From an uncultured bacterium (GTDB lineage Bacteria > Lernaellota > Lernaellaia > Lernaellales > Lernaellaceae): a DNA stretch of 24,082 nt. Position 1 is the first letter of the stretch; every line of letters begins with the position of its first letter. Position numbers and translations under genes: made by a program. Location of the stretch: positions 1 through 24,082 of the forward strand of contig CAZHPN010000082.1 in assembly GCA_964534375.1 (NCBI GenBank). Direction: 5' to 3'. The notes under the pieces are model-generated. The model saw only the letters and a list, made by a program, of their open reading frames with translations, made no database searches and was not told where the DNA came from. Shown here piece by piece: positions 1 to 7,199 of this stretch.

Positions 1-454
1 GCCGCCCGAGATAAGCCGTGGTGAGCCGCGCGTCGCGGTTCGGCCGGCCTTCGAGCCCGCGCGCGACGGCTTCCGCGCGAAGCGAAAAGCGGCGACCTTC
101 AACGTAAAGCGAACCGTGAAACGGATCGCTTGCCAAAGTGCGGAGGCGGTCGCCGTAGTCTATGAAAACGCGCGCCTCGCCGCCAAAATCGAGGACCAGC
201 CGCGTCTGTTCGATCGGCCAATCCGCCGGCGCCTCGATCTCGCCCGCGGAAAACCAGACCACGCCCTTGAGGGTAGGCCAGGCGTCGCCCAGGCCGATCG
301 GCCGGTCCGCGATATCGGCTTCGGACGACGAAACGCGCCACGTTTCGATCGGCTTCGTCTCGCGCCAAAGCCAGCAGGCCAGTTCCGAGATCCAGCGGTC
401 GATGTGCACGATGCGCTGCGGAATCGACCGGTTTCGTTCGGGCGGATTTTTCAT
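1..454 (-). CDS. Probable GH38 alpha-mannosidase, N-terminal part (runs off the left edge; absent from ORF track)
   Basis: Manual translation from ATG at 454 is open to position 1: MKNPPERNRSIPQRIVHIDRWISELACWLWRE...IGLGDAWPTLKGVVWFS...APADWPIEQTRLVLDFGGEARV...DPFHG...GRRFSLRAEAVAR. Resembles, from memory, the N-terminal region of bacterial GH38 alpha-mannosidases; catalytic motifs lie outside the window. Confidence 0.65.
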   Translation of the reverse strand, partial: MKNPPERNRSIPQRIVHIDRWISELACWLWRETKPIETWRVSSSEADIADRPIGLGDAWPTLKGVVWFSAGEIEAPADWPIEQTRLVLDFGGEARVFIDYGDRLRTLASDPFHGSLYVEGRRFSLRAEAVARGLEGRPNRDARLTTAYLGR

Positions 455-461
455 CGCGCGG

Positions 462-490
462 AGTATGGTGGGCGCGTTATTTTCGGTCAA
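462..490 (-). promoter_or_regulatory. Sigma70-like promoter TTGACC-N17-CATACT, probably leaderless transcript
   Basis: -35 at 490-485, -10 at 467-462, ATG 7 nt after the -10, no SD. Confidence 0.55.
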
Positions 491-511
491 GACGGCCCGG
501 GCCGCGCGTTG

Positions 512-1960
512 CTAGCACGACACAAACGCGCAGGCGTTGTCGCCGGTCCACGTTCCGCTTTGGGCGGCGCATTGGGGTTGCGTCTCGCCGTCGTCGCAAT
601 GGCCGGGCGACACGCAGCAGGCGCCGGTTTGCGTGCCGCAGGAGAAGCTGGAGCACGTCTGGCCGTTGAACCAATCGCCGCCGATGTTGTCGGAGCAATC
701 GGACATTGTGTCGTTGTAGCAGTAATTGTACCGGTCGCAGCAAGCGCCGGCGGCCGTGTCGTCGTCGTCGTCGCCGCCGTAGCCGTAGTGCAGGATCGTG
801 CCGTTGTCGCCGACGGCGAAGACATCCGAGCCCGAATCGCCCCACAGGGCGTAAAGGTCGTCGGTGACGCCGCTGTCCATCGCCACCCAAACGGCGCCGT
901 TGGCGCTGTGGAAAATTTCGCCGTTGTAGCCCACGGCGAAGACGTCTGACGCCGAGCTTCCCCACACGCCCGTCAACATCGCCGGGGTCCAGTCGGCGAG
1001 CGCCGACCAGGAGAACCCGTCGTAGATCCACACGGCGCCGCCCGTATCGCTGTTGTTGCTTGCGCCCACGCAGAAGACCTGCGCATTGCCGGCGCCCCAA
1101 ACGGCGGCGAAGAACGGCGTGATGTTCTCTTCCATCGCCGTCCAGGAGGAGCCGTCATAGCGGAGAATGGCGCCTTCACCGGCCGCGATAACGTTCGCCG
1201 CAGAGGTCCCCCAGAAGCCGGTCAACTCCGTTACGAACGTGTTGGCGACCGACGACCACGAGGAACCGTTATAATGCAGAATCAACGTGTAGTCGGTGGT
1301 CGCGTCGAGTCCGCCGGCGTACACGTTTGCGTGCGAGGTTCCCCAAACGCTCGTCACGATGGCCGAGTCGGTCATGGGGTTGGTCATCGTCGACCAGGAA
1401 GAGCCGTCATAGTGCAGGAGCACGGCCATGCTGGGCGTCCCGTCGGTTCCGACGGCGAACACGTCCGAACCCGAAGCTCCCCAAATGCCGGAAAGATACG
1501 CCGACGTCGTGCCGCTGTTCATCGGCGACCAGGTCGCGCCGTCGTAGTGCAGAATTTCGCCGGAGCCGCCGGCGATGAAGACGTCCGAGGCCGAGTCTCC
1601 CCAAATGCTATTCAACTGCTGGTTGGATATGCCGGTCATCGCCGACCAGGAAAGCGTGAGGTCGTCGTTATCGTCGTCGTCATCGTTATCATCGTTGTCG
1701 TCGTTATCGTCGTTGTCGTCATTATCGTCGTTGTCGTCATTATCGTCGTTGTCGTCATCGTCGTCGGGCGACAGGTCGTCGTCATTGTCGTCGTCGGCCG
1801 CGTCGTCGTTGTCGTCGTCGTCGGCCGCGTCGTCATTGTCGTCGTCGTCGGTCGCCGGGTGGCTGCCGCCGCCGCTGCTGCTGGAACTGCCGCAGGCGGC
1901 CGCGCCCGCCAATAGAAGCGCCGTCAACGCCAGGAACAGGGCCCAATGGAACGTCTTCAT
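512..1960 (-). CDS. Lipoprotein: Asp-rich linker + 7 Trp-Gly repeats (probable beta-propeller) + two C-terminal Cys-rich GACC repeats
   Basis: MKTFHW...LLAGAAAC lipobox; (DDN)n linker; 7 x [IVFL]WG-x4-[DN]VFAVG...ILHYDG repeats; second Asp linker, then GACC...C...C twice. GGAGG SD before ATG 1960; ORF-track start 2008 is an in-frame upstream ATG. Confidence 0.85.
   Translation of the reverse strand: MKTFHWALFLALTALLLAGAAACGSSSSSGGGSHPATDDDDNDDAADDDDNDDAADDDNDDDLSPDDDDDNDDNDDNDDNDDNDDNDDNDDNDDDDDNDDLTLSWSAMTGISNQQLNSIWGDSASDVFIAGGSGEILHYDGATWSPMNSGTTSAYLSGIWGASGSDVFAVGTDGTPSMAVLLHYDGSSWSTMTNPMTDSAIVTSVWGTSHANVYAGGLDATTDYTLILHYNGSSWSSVANTFVTELTGFWGTSAANVIAAGEGAILRYDGSSWTAMEENITPFFAAVWGAGNAQVFCVGASNNSDTGGAVWIYDGFSWSALADWTPAMLTGVWGSSASDVFAVGYNGEIFHSANGAVWVAMDSGVTDDLYALWGDSGSDVFAVGDNGTILHYGYGGDDDDDTAAGACCDRYNYCYNDTMSDCSDNIGGDWFNGQTCSSFSCGTQTGACCVSPGHCDDGETQPQCAAQSGTWTGDNACAFVSC
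1662..1850 (-). repeat. Asp/Asn codon low-complexity tract (DDN repeats) in lipoprotein linker
   Basis: (tcgtcgttg/tcgtcatta)n on the + strand. Confidence 0.9.
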
Positions 1961-2069
1961 GCGGTCACCTCCGTCGCCCTCGCGACAAACGCGGCGATTA
2001 TCTGACATTCTCCCGAAAGAATTTCAACGATTGCGATCTACGAATACCAACGCGGGGTCGCGGTGTCAA
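1961..2069 (-). promoter_or_regulatory. Conserved promoter/5' leader module, copy A
   Basis: TTGACA(2069-2064)-N14-TGGTATTCGT; the 52 nt before the ATG align without gaps to copies B and C. Confidence 0.75.
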
Positions 2070-2186
2070 GGGCGCGGGGAAAAGCCGCGCGGCGGCGAGC
2101 GCGGAAACGGTCGGCCGAGCCGCGGCGGGGCCTCATCCCGCTTTCTTGACGCAACCCCAAGGCGGACGGCCGCTCGATCGCTTTGC

Positions 2187-2295
2187 TTGACCTTGCGATC
2201 CGGCTTTGGTAGACGTGAAACACACGGCCGGCAACGCTCCACGGAGACTGGTTGGAAACCGCATGGTTCGTCCCAAAGGCGACGGAAGCGTCGCC
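2187..2295 (+). promoter_or_regulatory. Conserved promoter/5' leader module, copy B
   Basis: TTGACC(2187-2192)-N14-TGGTAGACGT; GAGACTGGTTGGAAACCGCATGGTTCGTCCCAAAGGCGACGGAAGCGTCGCC before GTG. Confidence 0.75.
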
Positions 2296-3468
2296 GTGAA
2301 ACGCATTCGCGGGCTTCCGTTCCTCGTAACCGCGTCTATTTTGCTCGCCGGCGCCCTGATTGTGCGCGGCGGCGCCAGCGGCGCCAACGCAACGCATGAC
2401 GATCCTGCGGCCAGCCATGCCGCGGCCTGTCCGCGCGCGGTGGTGAGCAGCGGCTTGGGTCTGGCTTGGAAGCGGCTGAATCACCGCATCAGCTATTGGT
2501 CGCTGCACCCCAATCAGCAGACGTGTCCATCCGCGGCGCCCGCCGGCGTGACGCTGACGGCGGGCAATGTCGGCGGCGATTGGTCGACCGGCGTCGTGTT
2601 GGAAGACACGCCGCTGGCCCATTATCGCTATTTCGCGGTGGACGGCGGCGGGCGGCTGGGCTTTGCCGCGGTTGATTTCGAATTGGCGATCGACCCGCCC
2701 GGCTACGAGGCGAAAACCCCGGCGGAGGTTCCGCTCGCGTCGGCCGGGCTCGCCGGCTTCGCGGACTATGCGGTGTTGCTGCAAGGCCTCACGTTGACTA
2801 CGGACGCGCCGCAGCCCGATCCGGACTATCCGGTCGATTACGACCGCGCCCAGGGTTACGCCAGCCGCGGCCTTGGCGCCGGCGTCGCCGATCTGGCCGT
2901 CGTCGACGGCCGGGCGCGCTTCACGGTCTGGGCGCGCTTCGAACTGGGCCCCGCCGACCGCCCGGCGATGAACCGGGCGATGAGGCACGCGCGCACCCGG
3001 GCGAGGGTGTACGCGCTGCTGGTCGGCCTGCGCGACGCCGCCCTGACGCACGCGGAACACGGCTATACGCTGAGGTATGATCCGCCGCGGCGGCTGTTGC
3101 AGCGCGATTACCGGCACGCCTCGCCGGAACAGCAGCGGTTCGCCGTCGCCGGTCGGCCGGGATTTCCGGTCGCCTTTCTGGGGCTGGAGTCGTTCGACTT
3201 TCGGCTGTTCGGCGGCGCCGCAAATGGCGACTATCTTCGCGAGTTGTCCGTGCAGGCGAAGTTGGTCGACTACAATCCGGCGACCGGCGCGGCGACTGTT
3301 GTGTTGGATGGGTTCGCGTCCAACGCCAGTTGGGCGTTGACGTACGAAACCATGATCAACAAGTTTTCGGCGCGCCTGGCCCTGGTGCAACTGTCCGGCG
3401 GCGAGGCGCAACAGCGGGAGAAATCGTTCGCGTTCCGGACGGGCGAAACGACGGTGAACCTGCCGTGA
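2296..3468 (+). CDS. Secreted hypothetical protein
   Basis: Long ORF with GC3-biased codons; GTG 2296 gives a signal-peptide-like N-terminus (MKRIRGLPFLVTASILLAGALIV); no family recognised. Confidence 0.75.
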   Translation: MKRIRGLPFLVTASILLAGALIVRGGASGANATHDDPAASHAAACPRAVVSSGLGLAWKRLNHRISYWSLHPNQQTCPSAAPAGVTLTAGNVGGDWSTGVVLEDTPLAHYRYFAVDGGGRLGFAAVDFELAIDPPGYEAKTPAEVPLASAGLAGFADYAVLLQGLTLTTDAPQPDPDYPVDYDRAQGYASRGLGAGVADLAVVDGRARFTVWARFELGPADRPAMNRAMRHARTRARVYALLVGLRDAALTHAEHGYTLRYDPPRRLLQRDYRHASPEQQRFAVAGRPGFPVAFLGLESFDFRLFGGAANGDYLRELSVQAKLVDYNPATGAATVVLDGFASNASWALTYETMINKFSARLALVQLSGGEAQQREKSFAFRTGETTVNLP

Positions 3469-3526
3469 CCGACCTGGGGCGTTGCCTCCAGAAGCGCCAA
3501 TTTAACGTTTGGGGGAGCGAAAACCG

Positions 3527-3589
3527 GAATGGCGAATGTTGAATGGAAAATGGCGAAATCGGCCGGCGTCGCCAATTCTCCATTCGCCA
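3527..3589. repeat. Degenerate heptamer array (GAATGGC-like x4) with an inverted partner
   Basis: GAATGGC GAATGTT GAATGGA AAATGGC at 3527-3554; AATTCTC CATTCGC CA at 3574-3589; between convergent genes. Confidence 0.7.
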
Positions 3590-3594
3590 CACAA

Positions 3595-3638
3595 GCGCCA
3601 ACGGCGCGGTCTATCACAGCCTGGGGCGACGCCCCAGG
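3595..3638 (+). repeat. Double-hairpin REP-like element
   Basis: GCGCC-AAC-GGCGC, spacer ending ACAG, then CCTGGGGC-GAC-GCCCCAGG. Confidence 0.55.
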
Positions 3639-3658
3639 ACTGGGCGGCGCCCGGCGCC

Positions 3659-4705
3659 TCACATTTTCTGGAAGCCGACCAGCCCCGCTTCGGCGTCAAA
3701 GAGATAGTCGTAATCGACGATCAGTGCGCGGCCGGTGTTGATGGAAAAGGCGCCGGCGGCCCGGATGTCGATCGCGCTCGGGCTGTCGGCGCCGGCGCCG
3801 AGCACGAACGAGTAAGCGAGCATCGCCCCGGCCTGCGTCGTAATCGTCACCGCGGTCCCGTCGGGCGCGGCGGTCTGGCCCGGCGCGACGACGCCGCCCA
3901 GCGTCGGGTCGGCCGGCCCCCAGAGGATCATTTCCCCGACGCCTGTGTCGACGAGCAGCCCGCCGCATTCCGGGGCGAACGCAGGTGTGTCCGGCAACGA
4001 AACGCAGCCCACGAGCGAACCGGCGAGCCAGTCGCCGTTCCCCGTGGTCGAAGGCGAAAGTCGAATCGTCTGAAAGTTCGCCGAGCGCGCCGCGGTGATC
4101 CCGATCTGCACGTTCGGCGCCGCGTGGGCCGAAAGCACGTAGCCCGGATGCATCGTCCCCGCCGCGATGTCCGCCATCTGGAGCAAAACGTTCATCCCCG
4201 GGTCCGACACCGGCCGCCCGAAGCCGACGCCCATCATTCCGCCGGTGAAGGTCGCGTCGTCGATGGCGCAAAACGGCATCGCCACGGTCGCCGGCGGCGG
4301 GTGGATATCGCCCGCGGGCGTCGAACCGAGCAGCGCGACCGCGCCCGACGCCGCGTGGCCGGCGAGCGTAATGCCGCTGCTGGCGTAGGTGATGCTGCAC
4401 GTCTCGGTCGCCGAGATCTGCGCCGCGCTGCCGACGACGCTTCGGGGTACGTAAAGTCCGAGCGATCCGGTGTCGAGTTGAACGTCATGCGCGGGCCCGC
4501 CGCCGATGCTCGCGAAGAGCACGTAGTCGCTGCCGGGCACGAAGTTCAAAACGTAGCTGACTTCTCCGGTGTCGTCGTCGTCGCCGCTGTTGTCGGCCGC
4601 CCCGCCGCCTCCGCCGCTCCGCGAGTTCGCGCCGGAGCAAGCGACGAGCGCCGCCGCGATAACGACCACGGCCGCGCACAGACAGGTCGGCATTCGTTGC
4701 GGCAA
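3659..4705 (-). CDS. Lipoprotein, pepsin-like aspartic protease
   Basis: Two catalytic-type motifs VQLDTGS and LLVDTGV, with GMMGVG and INTG downstream; lipobox LVAC; short DDDD linker. Start uncertain: TTG 4705 has GGGAG 6 nt upstream; ATG 4693 and ATG 4747 are alternatives. Confidence 0.7.
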   Translation of the reverse strand: MPQRMPTCLCAAVVVIAAALVACSGANSRSGGGGGAADNSGDDDDTGEVSYVLNFVPGSDYVLFASIGGGPAHDVQLDTGSLGLYVPRSVVGSAAQISATETCSITYASSGITLAGHAASGAVALLGSTPAGDIHPPPATVAMPFCAIDDATFTGGMMGVGFGRPVSDPGMNVLLQMADIAAGTMHPGYVLSAHAAPNVQIGITAARSANFQTIRLSPSTTGNGDWLAGSLVGCVSLPDTPAFAPECGGLLVDTGVGEMILWGPADPTLGGVVAPGQTAAPDGTAVTITTQAGAMLAYSFVLGAGADSPSAIDIRAAGAFSINTGRALIVDYDYLFDAEAGLVGFQKM

Positions 4706-4780
4706 CGGCGACTCCCTTTTTCGACATCGTAATCGTTTCTCGCCCATCGCTGCAAAAAAGAAAAGCCCGCGGGCGTTTGC

Positions 4781-4886
4781 TTGACCGCCTCACCGCTCCT
4801 TGGTAAACGTGAGAAGCACTGTGCGCAACGAATCGAGAATGGCGGGAAACCGCACTGTTGGTCGCAAGGGCGACGGAGGTGTTCTC
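4781..4886 (+). promoter_or_regulatory. Conserved promoter/5' leader module, copy C
   Basis: TTGACC(4781-4786)-N14-TGGTAAACGT; GAGAATGGCGGGAAACCGCACTGTTGGTCGCAAGGGCGACGGAGGTGTTCTC before ATG. Confidence 0.75.
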
Positions 4887-6128
4887 ATGAAACGAAGCAC
4901 TTGGGTTTCGTGTCTTTTTCTGGCGATGGTTTTGCTCTTTGGCGCCTTCGCCTGCGGAAGTTCCGGCGGCAGCAGCAGCGCCCACCACGCGATCGACGAC
5001 GATACGTCGCCCGCCGACGACGATACGTCGCCCGCCGACGACGACGTTTCGCCGGCTGACGATGACGATACGTCGCCCGCCGACGACGACGTTTCGCCGG
5101 CTGACGACGACACGTCAACTGACGACGATACGGCAGACGATGACGACAACGATAACGACGACGACGACAATGATGATGACAACGACAATGACAACGACGA
5201 TGACGCCGCTCCGTCCTGGTCGCTGATGAACAGCGGGTCCACAGCGTCGCTGTCGGGCGTTTGGGGAAGCTCGGCCTCGGACGTGTTTGCCGTCGGAACC
5301 GCCGCGGACGGCGTGATTTTGCATTTCGACGGCTCCGCGTGGTCGACGGTGACCAGCTCGGTGGGGGCGGCCCTGGCCGGCGTTTGGGGAAGCTCGCCCT
5401 CGGACGTGTACGCGGTGGGCCTCACCGACAGCGCCGGCGACAGCGTGATTTTGCATTACAACGGCGCCGCGTGGTCGGTGGTCGGGGGCGCGCCGACGAC
5501 TTTCTTGCGGAGCGTCTGGGGCAGTTCGCCATCCGACGTATTCGCGGTCGGCGGCGATAATTTCTTCGTGATTTTGCATTACGACGGCTCCGGATGGTCG
5601 CCGATGGCCAACGGGTCGCCGGTGACGCTGTTCGGCGTGTCGGGAACTTCCGGCTCGGACGTTTTCGCCGTCGGCGGGAACCTGAACGCGCCCGCCAGTG
5701 CGATCGTGCATTACGACGGGTCCGGGTGGTCGCCGATGCCGAGCGGAACAGTGGCCTTCGGGACGCTTTACGGCGTTTGGGGAAGCTCCTCCGCGAACGT
5801 GTTCGCCGTGGGGCGTGACGACTTCATCGGCACGTGCCTGGTTTTGCAATACGACGGCTCGGCCTGGTCGGAAACGAGCAGCGCGACGTCCGGAGCTTTG
5901 TTCAGCGCTTGGGGAAGCTCCTCGGCGGATGTGTTTGCCGTCGGCGCGAACTACGACACGAACGGAAATCCGATCGGCAGCGTGATTCTCCATTACGACG
6001 GTTCGACTTGGTCGCCGATGACTCCGCCGAGCGGGACGGGGGACGCGTTGTCCGGCGTGTGGGGCAGCGCCGCGTTGGACGTTTTCGCCGTCGGCGACGG
6101 CGGAACGATCCTGCATTACGGCAACTAG
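4887..6128 (+). CDS. Lipoprotein: Asp-rich linker + 7 Trp-Gly repeats (probable beta-propeller)
   Basis: MKRSTW...GAFAC lipobox; (DDDxSPA)n and DDN linker; 7 x VWG-x4-DVFAVG...ILHYDG repeats; GGAGG SD. Confidence 0.85.
   Translation: MKRSTWVSCLFLAMVLLFGAFACGSSGGSSSAHHAIDDDTSPADDDTSPADDDVSPADDDDTSPADDDVSPADDDTSTDDDTADDDDNDNDDDDNDDDNDNDNDDDAAPSWSLMNSGSTASLSGVWGSSASDVFAVGTAADGVILHFDGSAWSTVTSSVGAALAGVWGSSPSDVYAVGLTDSAGDSVILHYNGAAWSVVGGAPTTFLRSVWGSSPSDVFAVGGDNFFVILHYDGSGWSPMANGSPVTLFGVSGTSGSDVFAVGGNLNAPASAIVHYDGSGWSPMPSGTVAFGTLYGVWGSSSANVFAVGRDDFIGTCLVLQYDGSAWSETSSATSGALFSAWGSSSADVFAVGANYDTNGNPIGSVILHYDGSTWSPMTPPSGTGDALSGVWGSAALDVFAVGDGGTILHYGN
4995..5204 (+). repeat. ~21-bp coding tandem repeat (DDD[TV]SPA) followed by a DDN tract
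   Basis: gacgacgatacgtcgcccgcc / gacgacgacgtttcgccggct, about 5 copies. Confidence 0.9.
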
Positions 6129-6188
6129 CGGCGTCGCGCACGGCCTCGCGGCGTGAGCGGCCTTTTCAGGCCCGCCCCGCCGCGCCGA

Positions 6189-6237
6189 AAAAAGTGCGTT
6201 CCAAAATTGACATTCATGGGCAGGCTCCGCACTTTTT
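6189..6237 (+). promoter_or_regulatory. Putative promoter (TTGACA 6207-6212) bracketed by a 10-bp inverted repeat
   Basis: AAAAAGTGCG (6189-6198) ... CGCACTTTTT (6228-6237), upstream of the redox operon. Confidence 0.45.
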
Positions 6238-6303
6238 CTGTCGACATAAGGTGTGCGAACGCGTTCAGGCCAAACGAGGAACTATACGAGGCGAGAGGAG
6301 CCG

Positions 6304-6609
6304 ATGGTCTGGAACTATGTGATGGACGAGGCCGCGTTGCCGGAGGGCAGGATGGCGCCGGTTTACCCGCTGGGGGTCAACGTCGTCATCGCCCGCGTCG
6401 GCGGCGCGGTCTATGCCGTTGCGGGCAAGTGCGCCCACATGGCTTGTCCCCTGTTCTGCGGCACGCTCGACGGCTTCACGCTCACGTGCCCGTGCCACGA
6501 TTGGCGCTTCGACATCCGGACGGGCCGATTCCTCGATGCGCCCGAGCTTGGTCTAGCGGTCTACGCCGCGAAGTCCGAGGCTGGCAAGCTTTTCGTCAGC
6601 CTCGGCTGA
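6304..6609 (+). CDS. Rieske [2Fe-2S] ferredoxin
   Basis: CAH...CPCH (CxH-x16-17-CxxH), WRFDIRTG; GAGGAG SD before ATG 6304. Confidence 0.9.
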   Translation: MVWNYVMDEAALPEGRMAPVYPLGVNVVIARVGGAVYAVAGKCAHMACPLFCGTLDGFTLTCPCHDWRFDIRTGRFLDAPELGLAVYAAKSEAGKLFVSLG

Positions 6610-6621
6610 GGGGAGAACGCC

Positions 6622-6867
6622 ATGAAAAAGGTCTCCGGTTACACGCTGTCCACTTGCCCGTGGTGCAGGAAGACGAAGAAGTTCTTCGCCGACCACCAGA
6701 TTCCGTTCGATTACATCGACTACGACCTGGCCGACGAGGCGACACAGGACAAAATCATGCGCGAGCTCGACGCCCAAGGGGCCAACGGCTTCCCGTTTGT
6801 GCGCATCGGCAATGAGGTCGTCGTCGGCTACCGGCCCGATCGCTACGCCGAATTGCTGGGCCTATGA
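6622..6867 (+). CDS. Glutaredoxin / NrdH-like redoxin
   Basis: YTLSTCPWC motif, GFP cis-Pro region, VVGY; 81 aa; GGGGAG SD. Confidence 0.9.
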   Translation: MKKVSGYTLSTCPWCRKTKKFFADHQIPFDYIDYDLADEATQDKIMRELDAQGANGFPFVRIGNEVVVGYRPDRYAELLGL

Positions 6868-7199
6868 ACACCGAATCCAGAAAGAAGGCGTTGCGCCAGC
6901 TCTACGGCAAGGTCGTCGAGCCGCTGGGGTTCAAGTTCACGCCGGACGTTGACCTCGCCGAATTTCTCCTCGAGCAGGAAGTGAATCTTGAGGCGAAGCA
7001 CGGGATTCCGTTCTGCCCCTGCCAGCCGATCCGGCGCGACCGCGCCCGCGACATGCAATTTGTTTGTCCGTGCATCCCGTTTCATCGCCGGCATTTCGAC
7101 GCCATGAAGCGCTGCTGGTGCGGGCTGTTCGTCCACCTGGACGTCACGGACCCGGACAGCCTGCCGCAGATGTCGGCGAAGGAGGCGGGCCTTGAATGA
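6864..7199 (+). CDS. Ferredoxin-thioredoxin reductase catalytic-subunit-like protein
   Basis: CPC...CPC...CWCGLFV signature; ATGA overlap with glutaredoxin. Confidence 0.88.
   Translation: MNTESRKKALRQLYGKVVEPLGFKFTPDVDLAEFLLEQEVNLEAKHGIPFCPCQPIRRDRARDMQFVCPCIPFHRRHFDAMKRCWCGLFVHLDVTDPDSLPQMSAKEAGLE

Noticed and set aside
2216..2295. Cassette leader as a c-di-GMP-I or other known riboswitch
   Set aside because: GGAAAC/GCAA fragments are present but the expected stems and motif order could not be built; needs cmscan
1961..2295. Copies A and B as ends of an invertible promoter switch
   Set aside because: Only ~63% identical over the best block and no recombinase in the window
4995..5120. 21-bp repeats or heptamer arrays as a CRISPR array
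   Set aside because: Tandem without unique spacers, in-frame coding or too short; no cas genes
6607..6624. In-frame TGA between Rieske 1 and glutaredoxin as selenocysteine or readthrough
   Set aside because: TGA falls at the natural domain end, not a Cys position; glutaredoxin has its own SD; no clear SECIS
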